A DNA stretch of 64,000 nt from Desulfobacterales bacterium (lineage in GTDB: Bacteria > Desulfobacterota > Desulfobacteria > Desulfobacterales > UBA5852): assembly GCA_963674755.2 (NCBI GenBank), contig CAXXVS010000003.1, positions 2,336,001 through 2,400,000 of the forward strand, in the 5' to 3' direction. Each line of letters opens with the position of its first letter. The first letter of the stretch is position 1. The notes under the pieces are model-generated. The model searched no databases and had not been told where the DNA came from. It saw only the letters and a list, made by a program, of their open reading frames with translations. Below, piece after piece: positions 10,502 through 19,172 of this stretch. The position numbers and the translations under genes were made by a program.

Positions 10502-10516
10502 ATAAAGAATTCTTAT
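10502..10516. promoter_or_regulatory. Candidate LysR recognition box
   Basis: ATAA-N7-TTAT containing T-N11-A, in the AT-rich divergent region just upstream of the LysR gene. Confidence 0.5.
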
Positions 10517-10535
10517 ATGCGGAGGCGCGACCGGC

Positions 10536-11429
10536 GTGGACTTTACCTTGAAACAGCTTCAGGTGTTCGTGGCCGTGGTGACCCATGGCAGCACCCTGGC
10601 CGCATCACGAACGCTGCACCTCTCCCAGCCCGCGGTCAGTGCGGCGTTGGCGGAATTGGAGAACCATCTCGGCTCGGCCCTTTTCGACCGTTGGAAAAAA
10701 CGGCTGGTGCTCAACGAAAGGGGCCGCGCCCTGCTTCCCATGGCCCGGCTCCTGCTGGCCAATGCCCACGATCTGGGCCAGATGTTCGGGAGCGGAGACC
10801 ATCAGGTAGGCGGGGTTCTACGCCTGGGCGCCAGCCTTACGATGGCCAGCTACATCCTGCCGGATGTCCTGTCCGCCTATACGGCGGCGCATCCCTCGGT
10901 GAAGGTGGAGGTGGTCTGCCGCAACAAGGTTGGAATTCTGGCCCAGGTGGAGGATTTTTCCATCGACATCGGTTTGGTTGCGGGCACCGGCAACACCGCC
11001 CAACTGGAAAGCCGCCCCTGGCGGACGGATGAGCTGTGTGTGTTTGCAGACGCGGGCCATCCATTGGCCGCAAAACCGCGCGTGACAGCGGCCGATTTGG
11101 CGCAAAGCCAGTGGATATTGAGGGAGGAGGGTTCCGGTACGCTGGAAGTCTTCCGGAACGCATTGCCGCCCGGAGGCCTGCCGATCAGGCCCGTTATGGA
11201 ATTTGACAATCCCGAATCCATCAAACGGGCGGTTGAAGGCGGCCGTGCGCTTAGCTGTCTTTCCCGTGCGGCCGTGACGCGCGAGGTCGAGGCCGGGCGG
11301 TTGGCGATCCTGCCCACGCCCTATCTCGATTTGCGCCGCGCCTATTTTCTGCTGGTCCACCAGCGGCGATTTCAGAGTCCGCTACTGGAGTCCTTTTTAA
11401 GCTTTTGCTGCGCCCTCGCGTCCATATAG
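10536..11429 (+). CDS. LysR-family regulator (YeiE/CysL-like)
   Basis: HTH TLKQLQVF...GST...LSQPAVSAALAELE, WILREEGSGT. Confidence 0.85.
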   Translation: MDFTLKQLQVFVAVVTHGSTLAASRTLHLSQPAVSAALAELENHLGSALFDRWKKRLVLNERGRALLPMARLLLANAHDLGQMFGSGDHQVGGVLRLGASLTMASYILPDVLSAYTAAHPSVKVEVVCRNKVGILAQVEDFSIDIGLVAGTGNTAQLESRPWRTDELCVFADAGHPLAAKPRVTAADLAQSQWILREEGSGTLEVFRNALPPGGLPIRPVMEFDNPESIKRAVEGGRALSCLSRAAVTREVEAGRLAILPTPYLDLRRAYFLLVHQRRFQSPLLESFLSFCCALASI

Positions 11430-11596
11430 AAGATGGGATGCGCGGCTGCCATCCGGCAGTTGAAAACGCTAAAGACGCATTGATTCCGACTGCATTGTGG
11501 TTACGTTCTATAAATAGCGAGCATATTGCGAATTTCTTTGCCGCTAGGCTCACCAAATGGATTTCACAAGGTCGTCCGTATTAGGAGCAACTGGCC

Positions 11597-12145
11597 ATGT
11601 CGAGGGATGATATCAAGGTTAAGGACCGCGACGTCCTCCTGTGGGACAACACTACCACCCATCTTAGCCGGTTCTGGCAGGAAGGCCCCTTGGTGCTGGT
11701 TTTCCTGCGGCACTACGGGTGACCATTCTGCCGCGAGCAGGCGGTGCAGTTGCGCCGCAAGGCCAAGGCGTTTCGGGAACTCGGGGCCCAGGTGGTCCTG
11801 GTGGGGCTTGGCACGCCCGAGGAGACGGCCGCGTTCAGGAAGCGCTATGCGATTCCCTTCCCCATGATTGCCGATCCGGAAAAGGCGCTCTACAAGGCCT
11901 TCCATCTTAAACAAGCCTCGGCCGCTGCTTTTCTGTCGCCGGGCATGGCCGTCAAAGGGGTGTCGGCCCTGCTGCGGGGCTACGGCATCGGTTTGCCCAC
12001 CGGGGATGTGCGGCAGCTACCCGGGGTGTTCATCATCGACACGCACGGTGTTATCCGCTACCGCTATTTTGCCGAAGGGCCGGCCGATCACCCGGCACCC
12101 GATGTGCTTCTGGAGAAGATCCGGGCCGATCTGACGACGGCCTGA
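11597..12145 (+). CDS. Peroxiredoxin-like (AhpC/TSA) selenoprotein; TGA 11720-11722 read as Sec (UPFC)
   Basis: AGGAG RBS, ATG 11597, continuous frame VLVFLRHYG-TGA-PFCREQ into the 11744-12145 ORF; downstream hairpin GCGGTGC-AGTT-GCGCCGC. Confidence 0.85.
11741..11758 (+). promoter_or_regulatory. Putative bacterial SECIS element
   Basis: 7-bp stem GCGGUGC/GCGCCGC with AGUU loop ~25 nt after the UGA; G at loop position 2. Confidence 0.6.
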
Positions 12146-12239
12146 AATTGCAGCCGCCATCAAGGCGGTGTCTCCCGTGTACGCTGATAGCGCTCCCCGG
12201 CGTGATGAATTCGCAATACGTCTTTGAGAGCGTTGTTAT

Positions 12240-12309
12240 GTCATCTTCGCGTGGGCGGGGATTCCGGCATTTCAGTTTTTTTCGGTCTCCCGCCTTCGCG
12301 GGAGCGACG
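12240..12309. repeat. REP-like inverted repeat pair (family R3)
   Basis: GTCATCTTCGCGTGGGCGGGGATTC ... TCTCCCGCCTTCGCGGGAGCGAC; similar to 19016-19083. Confidence 0.55.
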
Positions 12310-12712
12310 GTGGGGCGGCTCTTTGCGACATCATCCTCCGATGTCTTTGTTCCGTAATTCGTTGCAGGATCGATGCCGACCGTATACCTGCCCTGGCGGT
12401 CTTCCAAAATCGACCGTATCCATTTGAAATTATTTTTAAAAATGTCATTTTTGTCGTTTTCGTCGCAATCGGCGGCGCGCGGCCTGGGGAGAGCGAATTT
12501 CTTCCCGATCGGGACAAAATTGGGGATAGACAATTAACATATTGAAAATATTATAGAAAATATTTTTCTTCCATCTATATTTTTGCTTGCAATCGGTAAG
12601 AAAAAGTCTATATTCGCGCAAACAGACCGGATGCAAATGCGGTCTGAAAAGCCGGTTTCCCCCGGCGGGCGCCGGATTTCCCAAACTTTTCTATAAAAGG
12701 ACGAACCGAACA

Positions 12713-14026
12713 ATGAGCGTGATACGCAAGCGCAAAGAGCAGCTGATGACCACCCCGGTCCAGGCTGCCCAGGAAGGGGAAGACGACCCTCCCGATCCCA
12801 ACCCGTGTCTGGCCAATGGCATTCCCTTGACCATTGCCAAGCCCGCCGGACGCATCGTCCGGTTCCCCGCCCCGCAGCGTGCCGTGGTTCCGAACCCGGC
12901 CACCCGATCCTTTCGCAAAAAGCATTTCGCCCACGTACCGACCAAACTCTGGAATGACTGGCAGTGGCAAACCAGCCACCGCATCCGCTCCCTGGCCCAG
13001 CTGGAGACGATGATCGTCCTGTCGGACGAGGAACGGGCCGCCTTTGCACGACCGGACACGGCCCTGCCCCTGGGGATCACGCCCTACTACATGAGCCTGG
13101 TCTCCCCGGACGATCCCCATCAGCCCGTCCGGCGCAGTGTCATTCCCACCGTGTACGAGACGGTGCGCTCCGCCGGGGAAGCCGACGACCCGCTGGGGGA
13201 AGAGGCCATGAGTCCGGTTCCCGGTCTGGTGCACCGCTACCCGGACCGTGTGCTGCTGCTGCTCTCGGACTTCTGCTCCACCTACTGCCGCTACTGCACC
13301 CGCTCCCGCGTGGTGGGCCATGGGGCCATCCATCCCAGCCGCAGCCGGTTGGAGCGGGCCTTGGCTTACATCGAGCAGACCCCGGCCGTGCGCGACGTGC
13401 TGCTCTCCGGCGGCGACCCCCTCATGCTGGGCGATGACAAGCTGGCCTGGATCCTGTCCCGGCTGCGCCAGATTCCCCATGTGGAGATCGTGCGTATCGG
13501 CACCAAGGTGCCGGTCGTGCTGCCCCAGCGCATCACCCCGCAGCTGGTGCGCATGCTGCGCCGCTATCACCCCCTGTGGATGAGCCTGCATTTCACCCAT
13601 CCGGATGAAGCCACTCCCGAAACCCACCGCGCCTGCGCCATGCTGGCCGATGCCGGCATTCCGCTGGGATCCCAGACCGTGCTGCTGCAGGGCATCAACG
13701 ACAACCTGGATACCATGCGCGCCCTTGTTCACAACCTGCTCAAGATGCGGGTCCGACCCTATTACCTGTACCAGTGCGACCCGATTTCCGGCTCGGCCCA
13801 TTTCCGCACGCCCATTGCCAAGGGATTGGAGATCATTCGCGGCCTGCGGGGATTCACCAGCGGTTACGCCGTACCCACCTACGTGGTGGACGCCCCTGGC
13901 GGCGGCGGCAAGATCCCCCTGATGCCCGATTACGTGGTGGGCCGGGAAGAAGACGCCCTGGTCCTGCGCAATTACGAAAACAACCATTACCGTTATCCGG
14001 AAGCCTGCCCAAGCGGGAACACCTAA
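12713..14026 (+). CDS. kamA: KamA-family radical SAM/PLP enzyme, lysine 2,3-aminomutase-like
   Basis: HRYPDRVLL, CSTYCRYCTR, LSGGDP, YLYQCD, VVDAPGGGGKIP; start uncertain (12713 or 12746). Confidence 0.85.
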   Translation: MSVIRKRKEQLMTTPVQAAQEGEDDPPDPNPCLANGIPLTIAKPAGRIVRFPAPQRAVVPNPATRSFRKKHFAHVPTKLWNDWQWQTSHRIRSLAQLETMIVLSDEERAAFARPDTALPLGITPYYMSLVSPDDPHQPVRRSVIPTVYETVRSAGEADDPLGEEAMSPVPGLVHRYPDRVLLLLSDFCSTYCRYCTRSRVVGHGAIHPSRSRLERALAYIEQTPAVRDVLLSGGDPLMLGDDKLAWILSRLRQIPHVEIVRIGTKVPVVLPQRITPQLVRMLRRYHPLWMSLHFTHPDEATPETHRACAMLADAGIPLGSQTVLLQGINDNLDTMRALVHNLLKMRVRPYYLYQCDPISGSAHFRTPIAKGLEIIRGLRGFTSGYAVPTYVVDAPGGGGKIPLMPDYVVGREEDALVLRNYENNHYRYPEACPSGNT

Positions 14027-14115
14027 TAACACGCCTACAGCCTGGATGATCGGGGGAGACCCATGGGGGCGGAACGTCCGCCAGGGGTCCGCTCCCGTTC
14101 CGGGAGGAGACCATC

Positions 14116-14637
14116 ATGACCGTTATTCGGCCGACCTTGTGCGCCCGTTGCGCCCGGCAGGGCAAGACCTGCTGCCAGGGTCGGGAAATCTATCTTACCC
14201 CCGGCGATCGGGAGCGCATTCGTTCCATCACGGGCACGCTCGATTTTGTCGAATGGACCGCCGCGGCGGATCCGTCCTATCGGGACCAGGATGACGATCC
14301 CCTGTGGCAGCGCCACGTCTTCGACGACGACGGACGGCGCCGGATCTTAAAGCGCCGCCCCGACGGGAACTGCTTTTTTCTGGACGCCCAGGGCTGCCGG
14401 CTGCCCATGGAGGTGCGTCCCCTGTTGTGCCGGCTGCACCCCCTGACCTACACGGCCGACCGCATCGATGCCGAAGCGGACGGCGAGTGCCCGCGGCACC
14501 TCCTGTTCGCCGACGAGTCGGTATGGGAGGCCGTTCACATCACCATGGATCTGGCGTGCCAGTGGCACCGCCAGCTCTACGAGGAGATCATGACCGATGT
14601 GCATGACGATTGGATTGACCTACGACCTTCGCTCTGA
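14116..14637 (+). CDS. YkgJ-family cysteine-cluster protein
   Basis: CARC..KTCC, GNCFFL..GC, RPLLCRLHP. Confidence 0.8.
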   Translation: MTVIRPTLCARCARQGKTCCQGREIYLTPGDRERIRSITGTLDFVEWTAAADPSYRDQDDDPLWQRHVFDDDGRRRILKRRPDGNCFFLDAQGCRLPMEVRPLLCRLHPLTYTADRIDAEADGECPRHLLFADESVWEAVHITMDLACQWHRQLYEEIMTDVHDDWIDLRPSL

Positions 14638-15613
14638 GTATCTGGCGGAGGGGTTTACGGAAGAAGAAACCGCCGAGTTCGACCGCGACGACACCGTGGC
14701 CGCCATCGAACTGGCCCTGCATTCCCTGGGGCACCGCATCGAGCGCATCGGGCACGCCCGCCAGCTGGCGGCGGCCCTGGTGGCCGGACGGCGCTGGGAC
14801 CTGGTCTTCAATATCGCCGAAGGGATGGACGGCATCGGCCGGGAGGCCCAGGTGCCGGCCCTCCTGGATCTTTACCGGATTCCCTACACCTTTTCGGATC
14901 CCCTGGTCATGAGCCTGACCCTGCACAAGGGCATGACCAAGCACGTGGTCCGGGATGCCGGCGTGCCCACCGCCGATTTTCGGGTGGCCGCAACCCCGGA
15001 CGACGCCCGGAGCGTGGCCTTTGCGCCGCCCTATTTCGTCAAGCCGGTGGCCGAGGGCACGGGCAAGGGGGTGACCCCGGAATCCATCGTGCGCCGGAAG
15101 CGTGATCTTGTGCCGGTCTGCCGACAGTTGATCGCGACCTTCCACCAGCCGGTGATCATCGAACCCTACCTGCCCGGCCGGGAATTCACCACGGGCATCG
15201 TGGGCACCGGCGCGGACGCCCGGGCCCTGGGCACCATCGAGGTGATCCTTCTGGAGACGGCCGAGCAAGGGGTCTACTCCTACGTGAACAAGGAGGAATG
15301 CGACACCCGGGTCGTCTACCGGCTGATGCGCCCGGAAGACGATCCGGTGGTGGCCGAGGCCGAAGCCGTGGCCCTGGCGGCCTGGCGGGCCCTGGGATGC
15401 CGGGACGCGGGGCGCCTGGATCTGCGCTGCGACAAAAAGGGACGCCCGATGTTCATGGAGGTCAACCCCTTGGCGGGCATCCATCCCGAGCATTCGGACC
15501 TGCCCATCATCTGCAACCACCTGGGGGTGCCCTACCGCGAGCTCATCGGCTGGATCGTGGCCTCGGCCGCCGTCCGCATTCCGGGGCTGACACGTCTGCA
15601 GGAGGCGGCCTGA
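14603..15613 (+). CDS. ATP-grasp ligase (D-Ala-D-Ala ligase-like) 1
   Basis: VFNIAEG, VKPVAEGTGKG, YLPGREFT, RLDLR, FMEVNPLAG. Confidence 0.85.
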   Translation: MTIGLTYDLRSEYLAEGFTEEETAEFDRDDTVAAIELALHSLGHRIERIGHARQLAAALVAGRRWDLVFNIAEGMDGIGREAQVPALLDLYRIPYTFSDPLVMSLTLHKGMTKHVVRDAGVPTADFRVAATPDDARSVAFAPPYFVKPVAEGTGKGVTPESIVRRKRDLVPVCRQLIATFHQPVIIEPYLPGREFTTGIVGTGADARALGTIEVILLETAEQGVYSYVNKEECDTRVVYRLMRPEDDPVVAEAEAVALAAWRALGCRDAGRLDLRCDKKGRPMFMEVNPLAGIHPEHSDLPIICNHLGVPYRELIGWIVASAAVRIPGLTRLQEAA

Positions 15614-16677
15614 TGAAGATCGCCATCCTGCACGACACCGTTGCCGCCGCCGCCGCTCCCGACGCCCAGGACACGATGGTCCAGGTCGAGGCCGTGGCCC
15701 AGGCGCTCAAAGCGCTGGGCCATAAAGCGGCCCACCTGCCCTGCACCCTGAACCTGGCCGCCCTGCAGGCTACCCTGCGCCGGGGGAAGATCGAGGGCGT
15801 CTTCAACCTGGTGGAATCCATCGACGGCCAGGGCCGCCTGATCCACCTGCCGCTCTTCTGCCTGGACGCCATGGGCATGCCCTACAGCGGCGCCCGGGCC
15901 GAGAGCATGCTGCTGACCTCCAATAAAATCCTGGCCAAGCAGGGGATGGCTGCGGCCGGCATTTCGACCCCGTCCTGGGTCGGCCCCTGGCCGGGGACCG
16001 CACCGGCCCCTGCCAGCGCGTCATCGCCGCGCGGGACCTGGATTATCAAGTCGGTCTGGGAGCACGCCTCCATCGGCCTGGGACCCCACAGCCTGATCGA
16101 AGACGTTACGGCCAATGCGGTTTTTTCCCTGCTCAAGTCCCGCGCGGACGGGCTGGGGGGCGTATGCTTCGCCGAGCGCTTCGTCGCGGGCCGCGAGTTC
16201 AACCTCTCGCTGCTGGCCGGGCCCGCAGGGCCCGAAGTGCTGCCCCCGGCGGAGATCATTTTCGAGGGGTTCCGTGACGACATGCCCCGTATCGTGGACT
16301 ACCGGGCCAAGTGGGATGCCACGGCCTTCGCATACCACCACACGCCCCGGCGGTTTGACTTCGCCACCGCCGATGACGATCTTCTGAAACGTCTGAAGGC
16401 CCTGGCGCGGCAGTGTTGGGACCATTTCGACCTGCGGGGCTATGCCCGGGTGGATTTTCGGGTGGACGACGCCGGCCGGCTCTGGGTGTTGGAAGTCAAT
16501 GCCAACCCCTGCCTGGCGCCCGACGCCGGTTTTGCCGCGGCGCTGGAGCGGGCCGCAATTCCTTACAACGCAGCCATCGAACGGATCGTGGCCGACGGGT
16601 TGGCTGCGATCGGATGCGATGTCCCGGGCCGACGGAGCATCCATGGGATCGGGGCACAGGCAAGCCAGGCCGCTTGA
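15613..16677 (+). CDS. ATP-grasp ligase (D-Ala-D-Ala ligase-like) 2
   Basis: VFNLVES, IKSVWEHASIG, FVAGREFN, YARVDFR, LEVNANP; TGATG coupling to the previous gene. Confidence 0.85.
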   Translation: MKIAILHDTVAAAAAPDAQDTMVQVEAVAQALKALGHKAAHLPCTLNLAALQATLRRGKIEGVFNLVESIDGQGRLIHLPLFCLDAMGMPYSGARAESMLLTSNKILAKQGMAAAGISTPSWVGPWPGTAPAPASASSPRGTWIIKSVWEHASIGLGPHSLIEDVTANAVFSLLKSRADGLGGVCFAERFVAGREFNLSLLAGPAGPEVLPPAEIIFEGFRDDMPRIVDYRAKWDATAFAYHHTPRRFDFATADDDLLKRLKALARQCWDHFDLRGYARVDFRVDDAGRLWVLEVNANPCLAPDAGFAAALERAAIPYNAAIERIVADGLAAIGCDVPGRRSIHGIGAQASQAA

Positions 16678-16722
16678 CCGCCCTTGTTGACTGATCTGCC
16701 TGGATCATGATGGGGAACCGCG

Positions 16723-18030
16723 ATGGGTTTCGATGCCTTGATAACCGTGGTCGTTTTTCTGGCGGTCTATGTGTGTATCGCCTTTGAGTGGCTGAACAAG
16801 GCCATTGCCGCCCTGCTGGGGGTGATGGCCCTGCTCATTATGGGAGTGATCGACGATCACACCGCGGCCAGCTATATCGACTTCGAGACCATCATGCTGC
16901 TGATCGGCATGATGGGAATCGTGGCCGTTTTGAAAAAAACCGGCTTTTTCGCCATGACGGCCGTGCGCATCGCCAAATTGACCGGCGGGCAGCCCCTGCG
17001 GATCCTGGTGCTCTTCTGCGCGGCCACGGCGGTCATATCGGCCTTTCTGGACAACGTCACCACGGTTCTGATCATGGTGCCCATCATCATCGAACTGACC
17101 CGCGGCATGGGCCTGGATCCCAAGACCTACGTGGTGGCTCTGGCCATGGCCTCCAACCTGGGCGGAACGGCCACCCTGGTGGGCGATCCGCCCAACATCA
17201 TTATCGGGTCCATGGTGGGGCTGACCTTCAATCAGTTCATCGTCTATCTGATCGTCCCCGTGATGTTGGCCACCGTTGTCGTGATCGCCTATTTCCATGC
17301 GCGCAATCGCGAAAGCTTCCTGCCCATCGACAATGACCTGACCAAACTCTTCTCCGTGCAACTCCTCATCGAGAAGATCGAATTCGATTTCCGGACGGTC
17401 AAAATCGACCGCGTCTTCCTGACCAAGAGCCTGGCCTGTCTGGGGGTGGCCATTCTGCTGTTTGTCAGCCAGACCGTGACCGGTCTTTCACCGGGCGTGG
17501 TGGCCTTGACCGTGGCGCTGGTGCTGTTCATCATCACCCGGACGGAAATCGAAGAGATCCTGCTGGAGATCGAGTGGAGCACGCTGCTGTTTTTTGCCGG
17601 TCTTTTCATCCTGGTGGGCGCCATGGAACATAAGGGCGTCATCGCCTGGCTGGCCAACAACATTTTCCTGCGGGTCGGCGACAATCCTTATGTCATGACC
17701 CTGATGGTGCTGTGGGTGTCCGGCATCGTGTCGGGTTTCATGGACAACATCCCGTTTACGATCACCATGATACCCATCGTCCAAACCATGCTGGCGGCCC
17801 ATCCCGTGCCTCACCATATTCTGTGGTGGGCGCTTTCCCTGGGCGCCTGTCTGGGGGGCAACCTGACCCTGATCGGGGCCTCGGCCAACATCATTTCCGC
17901 GGGCATGCTCAAGAAGTACGGGTACGACATCTCCTTCGGCGCCTACACCCGCAAGAGTGCCCCCGGGGCCCTTCTTTCCCTGTTCATCAGTTCCATTGTT
18001 TTGATGGTCTATCTCTGGATCTTCCAATGA
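16723..18030 (+). CDS. ArsB/NhaD/SLC13-family permease
   Basis: SAFLDNVTTVL, SNLGGTATLVGDPPN, GGNLTLIGASAN. Confidence 0.85.
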   Translation: MGFDALITVVVFLAVYVCIAFEWLNKAIAALLGVMALLIMGVIDDHTAASYIDFETIMLLIGMMGIVAVLKKTGFFAMTAVRIAKLTGGQPLRILVLFCAATAVISAFLDNVTTVLIMVPIIIELTRGMGLDPKTYVVALAMASNLGGTATLVGDPPNIIIGSMVGLTFNQFIVYLIVPVMLATVVVIAYFHARNRESFLPIDNDLTKLFSVQLLIEKIEFDFRTVKIDRVFLTKSLACLGVAILLFVSQTVTGLSPGVVALTVALVLFIITRTEIEEILLEIEWSTLLFFAGLFILVGAMEHKGVIAWLANNIFLRVGDNPYVMTLMVLWVSGIVSGFMDNIPFTITMIPIVQTMLAAHPVPHHILWWALSLGACLGGNLTLIGASANIISAGMLKKYGYDISFGAYTRKSAPGALLSLFISSIVLMVYLWIFQ

Positions 18031-18926
18031 GCAGCCAAGACAACCAAAATCTTTATGACCTGATCCGGTCGTATATGGCCGAAATGGGGACATCCCGAAC
18101 CACGGAGGTGGCGCTCAAATCCTATATTGACGCCGTGGGACGTCTCAAATGCGATGCCGCCGACTTCAAACCCATGCTGACCAGGCTCAACGAGGTCATT
18201 AAAAACACCGAGCCCCGGGTGATCCCGCTGGTGCATCTGGTGGAGACGTTCGAAGCCGAAATGGCCGCCGGAACCGATCTTCCCCTGGAGGCGGCCAAGC
18301 AGCGGGCGATGGATCTGCTGAACCGGATACGCGTCCAATTCCAAGACGCTACCGCCCGGGTGACCGCCAACTGCCTCACCTGCATCGCGCCGGGGGATCT
18401 GATCATCGCGCATCTGCTCCCTCCCTATATCCGCGAAGCCCTCGTGCGGGCCCGGACGGAACTGGGGCATGCCTTCAAGGTCCTGGTGGTCAAACAGGAT
18501 TTCGTGCGGACGCGCGAATTGGTGGACGATCTGAAGACGCATCATATCGATCATCTTCTGATTCCCGAATACAACCTCAGCCATTACCTGAAAGGGTCGG
18601 CCAAATTCTTTACCGGCGCGGTATCGGTGACGCCGGACAACCAGGCCGTAACGCCTGTCGGTACGGCGAACATGGTCGGTCTGTGCCACTGGTATCGCGT
18701 GCCCGTCTATCTCTTTATCGAATCCATCAAATTTGCGCACAAGCCCCTGGCGGATCAGCGCATCTACAGCGAAGCCCAGGTGAAAACCGAAGCCGACGTA
18801 ACCTTTCACATGGCGACCTTCTCCCACGACTTCATCGATCTGGCGATGATCGATCACATTTTCACGGAGAAGGGGGAAATTGCCGGCCGGAGCGGCGCGC
18901 CGGGCTCCCCGGAGCAGGGGGGCTGA
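18027..18926 (+). CDS. eIF-2B/MtnA/R15P-isomerase-fold protein
   Basis: C-terminal GAVSV...VGT...VPVYLFIESIKF...DFIDLAMIDHIFTEKG; ATGA overlap with the permease. Confidence 0.7.
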   Translation: MSSQDNQNLYDLIRSYMAEMGTSRTTEVALKSYIDAVGRLKCDAADFKPMLTRLNEVIKNTEPRVIPLVHLVETFEAEMAAGTDLPLEAAKQRAMDLLNRIRVQFQDATARVTANCLTCIAPGDLIIAHLLPPYIREALVRARTELGHAFKVLVVKQDFVRTRELVDDLKTHHIDHLLIPEYNLSHYLKGSAKFFTGAVSVTPDNQAVTPVGTANMVGLCHWYRVPVYLFIESIKFAHKPLADQRIYSEAQVKTEADVTFHMATFSHDFIDLAMIDHIFTEKGEIAGRSGAPGSPEQGG

Positions 18927-19015
18927 TCTTCACATCTGAGGATTGTCATCCCGCATTTTTTCTTTCCTGTGAAAGAAAAAATGAACATGTAAAAATTTCT
19001 GAAAACAATATTCTA

Positions 19016-19083
19016 TCATTCCCGCGCAGGCGGGGATCCTTTTTTTTAATGGGTATGGGACTCCAGCCTTCGCGGGAGTGACG
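19016..19083. repeat. REP-like inverted repeat pair (family R3)
   Basis: TCATTCCCGCGCAGGCGGGGATCC ... GGACTCCAGCCTTCGCGGGAGTGAC. Confidence 0.6.
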
Positions 19084-19172
19084 GCATGGGGGCTTACGAA
19101 TTCGTCAAGAAAACGGACGCCAAAGAAAACACCTGTGCCCCGCGTGGTGACCATTGAGGAGCTTCCTGACGC

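Noticed and set aside
14603..16677. Annotating the two ATP-grasp genes as housekeeping ddl
   Set aside because: No mur/fts context, divergent N-termini, and tandem arrangement with KamA.
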